A stretch of DNA of 64,000 bases from Candidatus Bathyarchaeota archaeon (GTDB lineage: Archaea; Thermoproteota; Bathyarchaeia; Bathyarchaeales; Bathycorpusculaceae): contig CAWHXY010000007.1 of the NCBI GenBank assembly GCA_963833575.1, forward strand, positions 576,001 to 640,000. The letters are read 5' to 3'. Positions 1 through 10,640 of the stretch are shown piece by piece. Positions within the stretch are counted from its first letter, which is position 1. Every line of letters starts with the position of its first letter. The translations under genes and the position numbers were made by a program. Below the pieces are notes generated by a model. It was not told the DNA's origin. It did no database searches and saw only the letters and a program-made list of their open reading frames with translations.

Positions 1-2
1 AA

Positions 3-1364
3 GCAGGCACAAAAAGCGACTTTCTGCGCGTTTTACACTCAGCTGGAAAGGTAAATGGCGACATGGTAAGCGCAGACTACGACAAAAAATGCATTTACAT
101 TGACCAAATGGACAACACAATTTACAGCGTAAATACTCAATATGCTGGAAATTCTGTCGGTTTCAAAAAATTAGCCTTCCGCTTGGCCATCAGAAAAGCA
201 AGCAGCGAAGGATGGCTAGCCGAACACATGCTCTTAATGGGGGTCTTCGGGCCAAACGGGCGCAAAACATATTTTGCAGGAGCATTTCCAAGCGCTTGCG
301 GAAAAACCTCAACCGCAATGCTTCCAGGCGAAAAAATACTTGGAGACGACATTGCTTACTTGAGAGATGTAGATTCTGCGGCACGTGCCGTTAACGTTGA
401 ATCAGGTATATTTGGCATCATACAAGATGTAAACGCCAAAGATGACGCGTTAATTTACAAATTGCTTACAAGCCCAGGGGAGATAATATTCTCAAACGTG
501 TTGGTTAAAGATGGCAAGCCGTACTGGCTTGGTATGGGCGAAGAACTTCCCAAAGACGGATGCAACTACACCGGCGCATGGTATGAAGGCAAAAAAGATG
601 AAAATGGCAACGATGTTTCACCTGCGAACAAGAACGCACGATACACTTTAGCGCTTAAAGCATTAGAGAACTGCGACCCTGAGCTTCATAATCCCTTAGG
701 AGTCGAAGTAGGCGGCATAATGTACGGTGGACGAGACGCCAAAGCTTACGTTCCCGTTCAGCAAAGCTTCAGTTGGGAACACGGTATCATAGCTTACGGT
801 GCGTCACTTGAAACTGAAACTACTTTCGCCACTGTCGGCAAAGAAGGTGTCCCCGAAATTAACATGATGAGCATTCAAGACTTCATTTCGATTCCAATGG
901 GCAAAAACGTCAATAATAACCTAGAATTCGGTCGAAAACTCAAAAAGCGACCAGTAATCTTTGGAGTGAACTATTTCTTAAAAGAGCTAGGAAACGGAAA
1001 ATATCTAAACGGAGTTCAGGATAAGCATGTCTGGATTAAATGGATGGAGCTAAGAGTTCACAACGAAGTTGATGCTTTAACAACACCAACAGGTTACATT
1101 CCGAAATATGAGGATTTACGCAAGCTATTCAAACAGGTACTAGGCAAGAACTATGCTAAGGAAGATTACGTTAAGCAATTCACCATCCGCGTCCCAGAAA
1201 ACCTTGCAAAGATTGAACGAGTTTCACGGTTCTACCAAGAAAACGTTACTGATACACCATTAGAGCTATTCGGTCTTCTATTTCTACAACGTCAACGATT
1301 AATGGAAGCTAAAGAAAAATACGGCGAATACATCTCACCAGAAAGCTTTGAAAAAAGAGAATGA
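3..1364 (+). CDS. pckG: GTP-dependent phosphoenolpyruvate carboxykinase (5' end outside window)
   Basis: WLAEHM, AFPSACGKT and GDDIAY motifs; frame is open from position 3, upstream of the ATG at 63. Confidence 0.95.
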   Translation, partial: AGTKSDFLRVLHSAGKVNGDMVSADYDKKCIYIDQMDNTIYSVNTQYAGNSVGFKKLAFRLAIRKASSEGWLAEHMLLMGVFGPNGRKTYFAGAFPSACGKTSTAMLPGEKILGDDIAYLRDVDSAARAVNVESGIFGIIQDVNAKDDALIYKLLTSPGEIIFSNVLVKDGKPYWLGMGEELPKDGCNYTGAWYEGKKDENGNDVSPANKNARYTLALKALENCDPELHNPLGVEVGGIMYGGRDAKAYVPVQQSFSWEHGIIAYGASLETETTFATVGKEGVPEINMMSIQDFISIPMGKNVNNNLEFGRKLKKRPVIFGVNYFLKELGNGKYLNGVQDKHVWIKWMELRVHNEVDALTTPTGYIPKYEDLRKLFKQVLGKNYAKEDYVKQFTIRVPENLAKIERVSRFYQENVTDTPLELFGLLFLQRQRLMEAKEKYGEYISPESFEKRE

Positions 1365-1518
1365 GCAACCCCCATGTTTCCAAAACATCTATTTTCACAC
1401 CTTTCTTGCGTCAAACTTTTAAATGGATCAAATATACTGACTTGTAATTCATAACCGTTAATTAACAAAAAGAAATAATAAAAAAATCAAGAAAACAAAA
1501 ATAATGAAGTGAAGGAAA

Positions 1519-1761
1519 ATGATGATGAAAAAACTCGACAACAACGATTCCGAATACACAGTAGATCTTATCGCCATTGAAGGTGACGGCTCCTTCCCCT
1601 GCCCAAAATGCGGAATGTCAATCTCACCCGAAGACGAATCCGAAACAAACTACAAAATCGTAGATACCAAAGTTGTCAATGATGAACTAGCTGAACTAGT
1701 CATCAGTTGTGGCAAATGCGGAAGCACCTTAAAACTTACTGGTTTCGCCCAAAATCTTTAA
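1519..1761 (+). CDS. small zinc-ribbon protein
   Basis: CPKCG and CGKCG pairs; purine-rich leader. Confidence 0.75.
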   Translation: MMMKKLDNNDSEYTVDLIAIEGDGSFPCPKCGMSISPEDESETNYKIVDTKVVNDELAELVISCGKCGSTLKLTGFAQNL

Positions 1762-1867
1762 CGTTAAGGTTCAGAGTTTGCGGCAAAACTAGCTTACTCT
1801 ACACGATTTTTTGTTTTTAGCTAAATACTTTTATTTGATCTTTTCATCTTTACTCAAATTGATTTGA

Positions 1868-2482
1868 ATGATAATTGAATCTTTCACCGTTGGTATGTTA
1901 TCAACAAACTGTTATGTTGTCAACTCAGAGCAGACCAAAGAAGCCATTATTATCGATCCAGGCTTGGAGTTTGCTCCCGAAGCCCAACAAATTTTCAATT
2001 ACATAGCTGAAGGCAATTTAAAAGTAGAGTTGATTCTTAACACTCACGGTCACGATGACCACATAAGCGGTGACATCATTTTTCAGAAAAAATATGACGT
2101 CCCCATATACATTCACAAATATGACGCCCCATCCATTGAGAAATTGGAAAACGACAAATTCCCTGCACCTGTACTGCTGGAAGAAGGTAGCCAAATTAAA
2201 TTCGGAGATGAAGCCCTCACAGTTATGCACACGCCTGGACATACACTCGGAAGTATATGCCTTATCGGAGAAAAGCTCGCCTTCACAGGCGACACATTGT
2301 TCGCTAGGGGGATCGGAAGAACAGATTTCCCGGGAGGCTCAATGAGTGAAATGCGTCATTCTCTAGAAAAACTGGTACGTTTGCCTGATTATTTCTTAAT
2401 TTACCCTGGTCATGGCTCTTCGTCTATTATTGGTGAAGAAAAAAGGAGTAATCCCTTCTTAGTTGATGGCGGCAGCTTTTGA
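1868..2482 (+). CDS. MBL-fold metallo-hydrolase (glyoxalase II-like)
   Basis: THGHDDH, HTPGHT, FTGDTLF, YPGHG motifs. Confidence 0.92.
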   Translation: MIIESFTVGMLSTNCYVVNSEQTKEAIIIDPGLEFAPEAQQIFNYIAEGNLKVELILNTHGHDDHISGDIIFQKKYDVPIYIHKYDAPSIEKLENDKFPAPVLLEEGSQIKFGDEALTVMHTPGHTLGSICLIGEKLAFTGDTLFARGIGRTDFPGGSMSEMRHSLEKLVRLPDYFLIYPGHGSSSIIGEEKRSNPFLVDGGSF

Positions 2483-2483
2483 T

Positions 2484-3503
2484 TTAGGTGTTGATTGCTT
2501 GGTTGCTGCTTAGTTCTTGTAGAGCACGTAAACGTTTGATTATGTTTGGATGTGTTGAGAAGATTTCAACGAATTTTTCGCCTTGTGTTGGTTGCTTTGC
2601 AAGGGTATCTCGGAGTAGGTCTTGTTTGCTTCTGATGTTTGCGTTATGAAGGTCTGCGGCGTCGGCGCTTGCTCTGTTGGTGTCTGTTATGAATAGTGCT
2701 CTGAAGGAGCTTTGGTTTTTCTGGTCTTGTTTCTTTTGTTGGCCGCCACGTTTGCTTTCTGCTACAATTGTTACTAAGCCAGTGGAGAGTTTTTCTGCTC
2801 CGTTTTCAACCACTGAAACGCTATGCCTATCCGCATAATACTCTCGCAATCGGCTCAAGTATAGTGTAAATAGAGTTAGTACCCAAGAGAAAGCCATGAA
2901 TGCTATACCTATCAAAGCGTTGTTGCCTCCGCTGTTTTTCTTGCTGCCACCGCCGCCGAACATTCCTGACAACATCATTGAATAGCCAATATAGTAGAAC
3001 AGGGCGGGTAAGAAAGAGGCTACCATCATTACTTGAACGTCATGGTGCTTTATATGACCAAGTTCATGTCCCAACACAGCTTCAACTTCGCCGCCGTCAA
3101 GAGAATCCAAAAGCCCCTGGGTGACAGCGACGCGGGTACCCGATAAGGGTGAGCCGTAAGCGAAGGCGTTTGGAAGCGGAATGTTCGCTAACATGAGTTT
3201 TGGTATGGATATGCCACTTTTCCTGCTTATGTCATTGACCATTTGGTGCAGTTCTGGCTTCTCATCCTGCTTAAGTTCTTTAACTTTGTAAATCCAGCCA
3301 ATAAGATATGGTGCCAGTAACCACTGACCTACGTTGAGAACTACCACGAGAATGCCTATGTCTATTAAAGTGAAACCTATTCCAGCCACAGTTAAGATGA
3401 CTGCGAATACTAGTGTAGATAAACCAAATATGATGGCTAATGTTCCAGCCATAGAAATACGAAGTTTCCAAGCGTTCATGCATCGGTCACTTTTAATCCT
3501 CAA
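2484..3503 (-). CDS. htpX: zinc metalloprotease HtpX (M48)
   Basis: PNAFA, HELGH, SRLREYYAD and STHP motifs; TM segments; true start may be the second Met. Confidence 0.92.
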   Translation of the reverse strand: MRIKSDRCMNAWKLRISMAGTLAIIFGLSTLVFAVILTVAGIGFTLIDIGILVVVLNVGQWLLAPYLIGWIYKVKELKQDEKPELHQMVNDISRKSGISIPKLMLANIPLPNAFAYGSPLSGTRVAVTQGLLDSLDGGEVEAVLGHELGHIKHHDVQVMMVASFLPALFYYIGYSMMLSGMFGGGGSKKNSGGNNALIGIAFMAFSWVLTLFTLYLSRLREYYADRHSVSVVENGAEKLSTGLVTIVAESKRGGQQKKQDQKNQSSFRALFITDTNRASADAADLHNANIRSKQDLLRDTLAKQPTQGEKFVEIFSTHPNIIKRLRALQELSSNQAINT

Positions 3504-3660
3504 TGACTTTCATGGGCGCTTATAACTTTTATGCGCTAGTAATAAACTAATTGCCTTAAGTTCACAATAGCTGTTTCCCAAATCAATAGTCTCTTTTTCC
3601 ATTGTGGTTGAGTAAACTGCACAGCTGATTCTTAGGAACAGACTTTTTATTGCTGGCTGG

Positions 3661-4656
3661 TTACCTTTGCGTTTGCTTCTTCAGCCAATCATAAATTGCG
3701 CCGGCAGCTTCCTCATCAAGTTCTGCATCAGCCGCGTTATAATGTAAAGATACATATTGAGCATTGAGTGCTTCCCGAGGTGTCACTTCATGTTTTAGAA
3801 CGTGATTAGCATTTTCTGGATAAACAAATGACACCACAGTTTTTTGCGCGGTTGCGTTTTCCAATATTTTTCCGTCTATTTTCCAGTCAACTTGGATGTC
3901 TTTTTTGCCGATTGCAAGTAGAATGGGCTCATTTACTTTGGCAATGTATTCTGAGAGTCTGTATGTCCATAATTCTCTAGAAAATGGCAAGTTGGCTGGG
4001 GTCTCTAAGCTGCGAAGCAGCATTTTTATGCCTTCGGGAAGAGACGCATCCATTGTCACGGGTTTATTGGCTAAAAAATCAGCGATGGCGTCATCGTAAG
4101 GTTTCATAATTACTTCGGCATTGGATAGGTGCTTGATTTGGTCGAAGATTTGGCTGCGAGCTAATTCACCAACCGCTCTGCCAGGTACTCCAGTCAGCAC
4201 CAAGCCTTTGAGGCGGTTACTCGACGCTTTTAGCTGATAGTTTACTGCGTGTATTGCGCCTTCACTGTTGGTTAGCGCAAAAAGATTTTCTTTGTTGACG
4301 TTTTTTTCTGCGATAATTGTTTCAACTGCGCCACTTAGTTCTTCTATGTGGCTTTGCATGCTAATTTTGCCAATAAGTTTGGGAATGTTTTCTCTAACAT
4401 GTGGTCCAGAGGCAACTTTATCGTAGCGCAATGTAACAAAGCCTTGAGCTGCGAGAGCTTCAGCCAACAATTTTGCGCTGCCATTTGTTCCCGGCAAAAG
4501 AGGCGAGCACCAGTTTCGATCCGTCGGACCGCTACCTGCTACAAAGACAACCGCTGAATGGACTTCTTTGTCTGCTGGCGCCGTAACGGTTCCATAAATA
4601 TCAATATCAGAAAGTTTCCAAGTCACTTCTTTATCTGTTATAATTTCAGGTCCCAC
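3661..4656 (-). CDS. alpha/beta hydrolase
   Basis: GSGPTDR, LRYDK, nucleophile elbow TNSEG, KDIQV, NHVLK. Confidence 0.85.
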   Translation of the reverse strand: MGPEIITDKEVTWKLSDIDIYGTVTAPADKEVHSAVVFVAGSGPTDRNWCSPLLPGTNGSAKLLAEALAAQGFVTLRYDKVASGPHVRENIPKLIGKISMQSHIEELSGAVETIIAEKNVNKENLFALTNSEGAIHAVNYQLKASSNRLKGLVLTGVPGRAVGELARSQIFDQIKHLSNAEVIMKPYDDAIADFLANKPVTMDASLPEGIKMLLRSLETPANLPFSRELWTYRLSEYIAKVNEPILLAIGKKDIQVDWKIDGKILENATAQKTVVSFVYPENANHVLKHEVTPREALNAQYVSLHYNAADAELDEEAAGAIYDWLKKQTQR

Positions 4657-4802
4657 TTAGTATTCCTCGTCTCTCTCTAATTTGTAACTCAAATTTTTCA
4701 ATGCAATCGCTTGATATAAGGTAGTAGAAACCACTTTCACATCTTGAAAGTACTCAGCGTGTCTAGTTGCAAAAACTGGAAGAAGCGACTGATCTTAAAG
4801 GC

Positions 4803-4829
4803 TGTTCTTCTTGTGGAACAGTGCGTTCC
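4803..4829. promoter_or_regulatory. triple half-site motif TGTTC-N7-GGAACA-N4-GTTCC, copy 1 (putative operator)
   Basis: tgttcttcttgtggaacagtgcgttcc; same spacing as the copy at 10642-10668. Confidence 0.5.
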
Positions 4830-4883
4830 GTGGGGAGAGTAATATTCCGCTTACATGTTAGACATTAAAATAATGATGAGCGG

Positions 4884-5807
4884 GTGGTAATGGATTTGAA
4901 AAACATGAACATGAAAGTGGTTTTTGTAGTGTTAGCCCTCTCTGTGTTGTTTGTTGCCTCTTTGGAGAGCGTTCATTTTGTTAAGGCAGGTTCAACTGGT
5001 TCCATGGGATTTTCTGGCGGAGTTATCCTAAACAGTCCAGTAAACACAACATACGACTATATTCCAATTTTAAGCCTTGATTTCGCCGACGGGGGATTAC
5101 ACTGTACATTAAATTACAGTATAGACGGAATCAACGAAGGCGTAATACCGTTTGTCTATGTGGGCTCCGAAGAGACTATTTTCATCGCCAACATGAGTGG
5201 AACAGCGCAATTGCCTCAGTTATCCGTGGGTACGCATAGTTTAACCATTACCCAAGAAGCCAATCTGAACGGCTACGGTGGCGCAAACCATCCTGGGGCA
5301 CCTTTCAAAGAGACTAGCCCCGGGAGCGGCGACTACTTTGCCGTATGGGTTGATACTGTCTACTTCATCATAACATCAAATAACGTCAGAATGACTCCGC
5401 CGCCTGCGTCCGCACTATTAGACACTTGGCCTCTAAAAATAACGAATCTTTCAGTGGCAAACAAAACCTACCCCTCAGATAATGTTCCGTTGAACTTTAC
5501 TATTAATGGGAACACCGCTCAAATCACTTACAGTTTAGATGAACAAGCCAACGTCACCATCCCAGGAAATACAACGCTGACCGGATTATCAGTCGGAGAC
5601 CACAACGTAACAGTTTACGCTTGGGATATTGCTTCTGGAAACACTGGAGCCAGCCAAACAGCCAACTTTAACGTAGCTCACATGATATCAGCAGTAGTTC
5701 AGCCGACACAACCTTTTCCGATCACAACAGTTCTAGCTGCTTTAGCGGCGTTTGCAGTTGGGGTTGTCCTTACTTTTCTCTTTTTCTTCAGAAAAGATAA
5801 GCGTTGA
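4884..5807 (+). CDS. secreted, C-terminally anchored surface protein with two Ig-like modules
   Basis: signal peptide, repeated YS(I/L)D...LSVGxHxxT modules, C-terminal TM plus basic tail. Confidence 0.8.
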   Translation: MVMDLKNMNMKVVFVVLALSVLFVASLESVHFVKAGSTGSMGFSGGVILNSPVNTTYDYIPILSLDFADGGLHCTLNYSIDGINEGVIPFVYVGSEETIFIANMSGTAQLPQLSVGTHSLTITQEANLNGYGGANHPGAPFKETSPGSGDYFAVWVDTVYFIITSNNVRMTPPPASALLDTWPLKITNLSVANKTYPSDNVPLNFTINGNTAQITYSLDEQANVTIPGNTTLTGLSVGDHNVTVYAWDIASGNTGASQTANFNVAHMISAVVQPTQPFPITTVLAALAAFAVGVVLTFLFFFRKDKR

Positions 5808-5834
5808 AAGACTTATTTAAGGACCAAATATTAA

Positions 5835-6644
5835 TCATGTCGCAACGGCAACCAAAATAAGTCTACTAGCTTTAGGGCTAAAGCTGCGTTCGTCGTAATC
5901 ACCAAAAACTTGGTTAACTGCAAAGCCAACGTTTCTCAACAGCTCTTGCAAATGCTTCATTTCATATAAACGTACACTGTGGCTGAAAACTCTGATTTGT
6001 CCATCTTCCTTGTCGCGGATTACCCACAAATCATGAAGTTGTTTACCATCGGCGTCAACAGTTCGCTTTTGTAGCAAGAGAAAGCTTGGGTATTCTTTCC
6101 ACTTAAAGAATTGAAAGAGTATCCTCTTGGCAAAGCGATTTGGTTTCAATAAAGTCGGCAAAAGAATCCATTTTAAATTCGTAAGCCGATTTGTTTTGTA
6201 CTTTAGGATTAGGCGTTCGCGGTTAAAGACATCAATATTAAATACGCCGCCATGGTTGAGCGTTTCCCTTAATTCGTTTAGGCTTTGGCTGTCATCTACT
6301 TCTGAGGGCAGGTATCCAAAACTCGTATCCATGCTAATTGCAGCCGAAAACGATGCAGGCTTGAATGGTAAAAACCGCATATCACCTCTAACCAGTTGAG
6401 CTTCACTCCATCGGCTTTTAGCTATCTTGAGAAGATTCGAAGATATGTCTAAACCGACAACATCGAAGCCCTCTTTGCTTAGACGAATCAAGTGTCTTCC
6501 AGTACCGCAGGCTAGGTCCAAAATCAACCCTGTTGTCTGGAAAGTTTTTTTTGCGAATTGTACTTGATTTTCTATTTGACCTTTGTCGGCTATCTCTGTC
6601 CAGTACTTACCCATTTTATCAAAAACATACATTACAAGTTTCAA
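5835..6644 (-). CDS. class I SAM-dependent methyltransferase
   Basis: ILDLACGTGRH, VVGLDIS, GDMRFLPF, TSFGY. Confidence 0.9.
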   Translation of the reverse strand: MKLVMYVFDKMGKYWTEIADKGQIENQVQFAKKTFQTTGLILDLACGTGRHLIRLSKEGFDVVGLDISSNLLKIAKSRWSEAQLVRGDMRFLPFKPASFSAAISMDTSFGYLPSEVDDSQSLNELRETLNHGGVFNIDVFNRERLILKYKTNRLTNLKWILLPTLLKPNRFAKRILFQFFKWKEYPSFLLLQKRTVDADGKQLHDLWVIRDKEDGQIRVFSHSVRLYEMKHLQELLRNVGFAVNQVFGDYDERSFSPKASRLILVAVAT

Positions 6645-6790
6645 TCCTGATTTCTTAGAAATCCGCTATAATAAATGAAACTAACAAAGATTTAGCTATT
6701 CTTGCTCACTTGTTTGGCTATCGCTTAAATTTTTTCGAGTCGCTTAAATACAGATACAACTTATCCTCTAGCCCACTGGAGTATCAAGCT

Positions 6791-7480
6791 TTGAGTGAAA
6801 AACACGATTGGCAACACCTCTACATGCTCCTAAAACTCGCAGAGATGGGTGCTTACAAACGAACCGCTAAAATCTCAACAGAATACTTAGCGGGCAAACT
6901 TGGGATTTCACAGCAGACAGCTTCACGTTATCTCATAGAACTTGAACGGAAAGGATGGATACAAAGGAACATCACTCCAGAAGGCAGCTTAATTAAAATT
7001 GAAGAAGCTGGAACCAAAGAACTCCAGAAACTCTACTCAAACCTAAAATTTTTGGTTGAAAAATCTTATCCTCCTTCAGTGACCCTTGAAGGAACAGTCT
7101 TCACTGGCCTTGGCGAGGGCGCATACTACATTGCAAAAGAAGCATATCGTAAACAGTTTGCTGAAAAGTTAGGTTTTGAACCCTACCCAGGCACTCTTAA
7201 CTTAAGACTATCCAGTGATTATGACATTAAAACAAGGATGGAAATCGAAGCCTACCCAGCCGTTGAAGTTCCCGGCTTCAAGAATGAAGACCGAACTTTT
7301 GGCTTAGTCAAATGCTACCCGGCGACCATTGATAACAAGGTTAAAGGCGCTTTAATAACTGCGTTACGTAGCCATTATGATGTTTCAGTTCTGGAAATTA
7401 TTGCTCCTGTCTGCCTTAGAAGACAGTTGAACCTTAAAGATGGTAACAAGGTCAAAGTGGAAATTTATATTCAGCCATAA
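6791..7480 (+). CDS. ribK: CTP-dependent riboflavin kinase with N-terminal HTH (RbkR type)
   Basis: GISQQTASR HTH; GLGEGAYY, YPGTLN, LEIIAP..LR motifs; start placed at TTG 6791 (ORF open from 6710). Confidence 0.92.
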   Translation: MSEKHDWQHLYMLLKLAEMGAYKRTAKISTEYLAGKLGISQQTASRYLIELERKGWIQRNITPEGSLIKIEEAGTKELQKLYSNLKFLVEKSYPPSVTLEGTVFTGLGEGAYYIAKEAYRKQFAEKLGFEPYPGTLNLRLSSDYDIKTRMEIEAYPAVEVPGFKNEDRTFGLVKCYPATIDNKVKGALITALRSHYDVSVLEIIAPVCLRRQLNLKDGNKVKVEIYIQP

Positions 7481-7481
7481 C

Positions 7482-8096
7482 CTAGAACGGCAAAGTTGTC
7501 GAATACGAGTATTTAACTGACTGCTGATCACTTGGCTTGCGCCTTGTAGCTATCCAGTAACCTATAATCAAACCGAAACCTAATCCGCCCAGATGCGCCA
7601 AAATGTTAACGCCCTCACCCGTATTGATAATAAATAGAAAGAACGCGAAAACCAATGCTCCTACTATAGATTGTCGAACAGAACGCCTAGCATAAATTAC
7701 AACTGCGCCAAACAATGCGAAAATTGCGCCTGAAGCCCCAACTGAAAGTAAGTCTGGTCCCAAAGCCAAAGAAAGAACGTTTCCTGCTAAGCCTCCAATT
7801 AAGTAGATTCCAAGGTATTCTGGCAGAGAGAACATTTCTTCTGCTCTTAAACCGAAAATAAACAGAAACAGCATGTTGCCGCCGATGTGTGCTATTGACG
7901 CGTGGACAAACATGGATGTGAAAAGCTGATAATACGCACCATTATAGAACACATCGCCATTGAGTTGGTACAGCGGGGGTATACCATTGAAGTTTGTGCT
8001 TACCCAGTTGCCGCCAACTATAGATGTGTAAATGTATACTGCGATGTTGAGTGCGATCAGAATAATGGTGGGCTTGTACTTTATTGAATTTGGCAT
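7482..8096 (-). CDS. rhomboid intramembrane serine protease
   Basis: TSMFVH..HIGGNM, GASGAIF, AHLGG. Confidence 0.93.
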   Translation of the reverse strand: MPNSIKYKPTIILIALNIAVYIYTSIVGGNWVSTNFNGIPPLYQLNGDVFYNGAYYQLFTSMFVHASIAHIGGNMLFLFIFGLRAEEMFSLPEYLGIYLIGGLAGNVLSLALGPDLLSVGASGAIFALFGAVVIYARRSVRQSIVGALVFAFFLFIINTGEGVNILAHLGGLGFGLIIGYWIATRRKPSDQQSVKYSYSTTLPF

Positions 8097-8108
8097 TTTG
8101 TATGACCG

Positions 8109-8573
8109 TTAGTTTTTGGCGAGTTTGTCGATAATTTTCTGTTTTATCTTTGATGAACTATCTAAAGTATTCTCTCCAAACTTGCTTATTCTAACAATCT
8201 TAATGTGGGCTTTATGTGAATCAACATATTTGCGTACTTGTTGTTCCATGTCCTCTTGATCGTATCCTAACGCAATAACGTCTGGCTTAATGTTCTCAAT
8301 GACTTCGCCTATGTCGAGACTCTCATGGCCAAGCACTACTTCGTCAACAACTTTCAGAGATTCAACCAGTGCACATCTCTGTTCCTCAGACATTATGGGT
8401 TTTTTACCTTTCATTTTCTCTACCGTGCTATCTCTTGCAATGACAACAACCAACTCGGCATTTGCGCCCCCTGCTTTCTTGGCGTCTTCCAAAAACTTAA
8501 CGTGCCCCAAATGAAGCAGGTCAAAAACGCCTGAAGCTAAGACAATGGTTTTCTTTCCTGATTTGTTGGCCAT
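8109..8573 (-). CDS. ribL: archaeal FAD synthase
   Basis: GVFDLLHLGH, VIARD, PDVIALGYDQ, SSSKIK; near ribK. Confidence 0.88.
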   Translation of the reverse strand: MANKSGKKTIVLASGVFDLLHLGHVKFLEDAKKAGGANAELVVVIARDSTVEKMKGKKPIMSEEQRCALVESLKVVDEVVLGHESLDIGEVIENIKPDVIALGYDQEDMEQQVRKYVDSHKAHIKIVRISKFGENTLDSSSKIKQKIIDKLAKN

Positions 8574-8824
8574 TCAAATTTCACAGCGCCCAATAATCTT
8601 AAAGCATCTAAGAGCCCTTCACAGTAAGCAACTGAGGTTAGGCTTGTTTCAAGCTTGCCTTTAGCCTTATAATACTTTGCGTCCTCCAAATAGTCAGCAG
8701 CCCAACGCAAAATATTGCCTATCGCGTCGTCAGTTAGGCTAATGGGTGTTTTTGTTCGCTCAAGTTCTTTTATCACTTTTTCTGCAGAATCGATATATTT
8801 TGCCGCAAGAGTTTCAAGGTTCAC
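8537..8824 (-). CDS. DUF357 family protein
   Basis: YLEDAKYY...YCEGLLDALRLLG; typical neighbour of dph5. Confidence 0.8.
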   Translation of the reverse strand: MNLETLAAKYIDSAEKVIKELERTKTPISLTDDAIGNILRWAADYLEDAKYYKAKGKLETSLTSVAYCEGLLDALRLLGAVKFEWPTNQERKPLS

Positions 8825-9618
8825 TTAGCAAGCCTCCTAAACTCTGCTGGTGCACCCCCAAAAGCGATTAACGAATCAATTTCCATAAAATGCAGATCGC
8901 CTGGAAAAATTAAGCTGTAGGGTGGCTCCCCGAAGTTAAATGCAGCTAAGTCTTTTAGAAAGTCTGCTTTGATTGTTGGATTGTCGCTACCTGCTCGTGC
9001 AATTCCAACTGCAGGAGTACTCGACGTTATGACGCCTTGATTTTTCTTTTTCTCGACCTCAAGCAGCATTACGATGGCTTGGTCGATGCTTAGGAAGTGT
9101 TTCTCGGTTGCTTTCAAATCTAAAAGGCAAAGAGTATGCAATCCCAGCGTTTTGTTTTGTGCGATAACGTTGTAGGGTGTTTCCGAAAAGTTTTCTGGAA
9201 ATGGGACGGTAACTGTTTTTCCAAATTTGTAATTATGCAGTCCTGAGAGGCTAACAATTGCTGAAATTATTGATGTGCCATGAATAATTCGAGTTTTTAT
9301 TCCCTGATTTTCAGCATCAATACGCAATGTCACATGGGTTGTTGCAATAAACGGATCTCCCGGAACTAGAAACAATGTCTTCCCTTTTTTTGCGGCTTCA
9401 AGAATCATACTGCCGTTTTCTTCTTCAAGATCATTTCTTGAAACTAATTTTATTTTTTTCCCGCATAAGCCTTCAAAACGTTGTAGGCTAAAGTCGGACA
9501 TGAGGCTCGTGTAGAGTTCAATAAAAACGCTGTCTGCGTTTTTGACTTCTTCTAAACCTTTAACGCTTATGCCTTTTTCATCGTTTAATCCTAAGCCTAC
9601 GAAGACAAGTTCATTCAA
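8821..9618 (-). CDS. dph5: diphthine synthase
   Basis: GLGL, ELYTS, GDPFIATTH, YKFGKTVT, GLHTLCLLD. Confidence 0.95.
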   Translation of the reverse strand: MNELVFVGLGLNDEKGISVKGLEEVKNADSVFIELYTSLMSDFSLQRFEGLCGKKIKLVSRNDLEEENGSMILEAAKKGKTLFLVPGDPFIATTHVTLRIDAENQGIKTRIIHGTSIISAIVSLSGLHNYKFGKTVTVPFPENFSETPYNVIAQNKTLGLHTLCLLDLKATEKHFLSIDQAIVMLLEVEKKKNQGVITSSTPAVGIARAGSDNPTIKADFLKDLAAFNFGEPPYSLIFPGDLHFMEIDSLIAFGGAPAEFRRLAK

Positions 9619-9660
9619 GTTGAAGCCCTTGTAAGTAATTGGGAAGTTGAAATTTTAAAG

Positions 9661-9846
9661 TTATTTCTCTTTGATTTCGCCTTTTTTGACCAGTTGATCA
9701 TAGTAAACGCGGCATGTATCTATGGAGATTCCATGCCTTTGGCAGTAAATGGTAAGAACTTCTTCAACTGGTTCATCTGGCTTTCTATTCTTGATCATGT
9801 CCTTTAATTCTTGAATTTTGTGTTGCTTATCAAATTTCTCGCTCAT
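9661..9846 (-). CDS. small hypothetical protein
   Basis: 61-aa ORF with GGAGGAG SD upstream. Confidence 0.65.
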   Translation of the reverse strand: MSEKFDKQHKIQELKDMIKNRKPDEPVEEVLTIYCQRHGISIDTCRVYYDQLVKKGEIKEK

Positions 9847-9983
9847 CTACATCTCCTCCATTCCTTAAGGTATTTCGTGCGTTCTCTGCTTGATTATTCT
9901 CATGCTGTTTTATAAAAGTTAAAAAGTTCAAACCAAAAAACAAACAGATAGACTTGGCGATTTGATATTATTAAAGTCTGAAG

Positions 9984-10550
9984 TCAGTTGATATTGGGAA
10001 CTCTGTTTGTTGTCTTAAGAACCGAACCTATACTTCTGTTTCGTTGAAATCTAAACGTTGAAATTCCAACCAAGAAACCTAAAGCGATAGCTCCGGAAAC
10101 TGCAATCAAGCAATATCTGACCCAGGTTATTGGTGTTTTGGGAATTGCAACATAATAAGAATGATTAGCCTGACCAGTTGCGTTGTGAAATGAATTACCC
10201 CACCAATTACTCGCTCTAATAATGGTTCCATCACCAGGATAAGGAAAAGTTGCTTCACCACTCTCATCTGTAAACACCGTTAACGGATGCATACCATTCC
10301 GAGTTATCGTAACAGTTGCATTATCCACCAAAAAAATGTTGAAGTTTCCTGCTGCTACTCCAACCGTTACATTTTCTCCAACCCTTGGGTTTTCAGGCGA
10401 TACTGAAATTATCCACCAGCCCTCTTGAGTATTTCCAACTCCAAAAACCCACCAGAATGGAACACCAAAAGCTTGAATTAATAATAATAACACGACAAAA
10501 AAAGTTAAGGCTCCACAAAGAAAACTGTAGCCTATGTTTCTTTTTACCAT
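9984..10550 (-). CDS. membrane protein with extracellular Ig-like domain
   Basis: N- and C-terminal TM helices; SPENPRVGENVTV and TDESGEATF; start set at ATG 10550. Confidence 0.7.
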   Translation of the reverse strand: MVKRNIGYSFLCGALTFFVVLLLLIQAFGVPFWWVFGVGNTQEGWWIISVSPENPRVGENVTVGVAAGNFNIFLVDNATVTITRNGMHPLTVFTDESGEATFPYPGDGTIIRASNWWGNSFHNATGQANHSYYVAIPKTPITWVRYCLIAVSGAIALGFLVGISTFRFQRNRSIGSVLKTTNRVPNIN

Positions 10551-10640
10551 GACAGCTTTTAGAAGACAATCGATATTAAAGCTTGTCAAAAAAGTTGACT
10601 CATCAGTTTTTTGGTCAAACACTTGAATAATCTGCTCTAA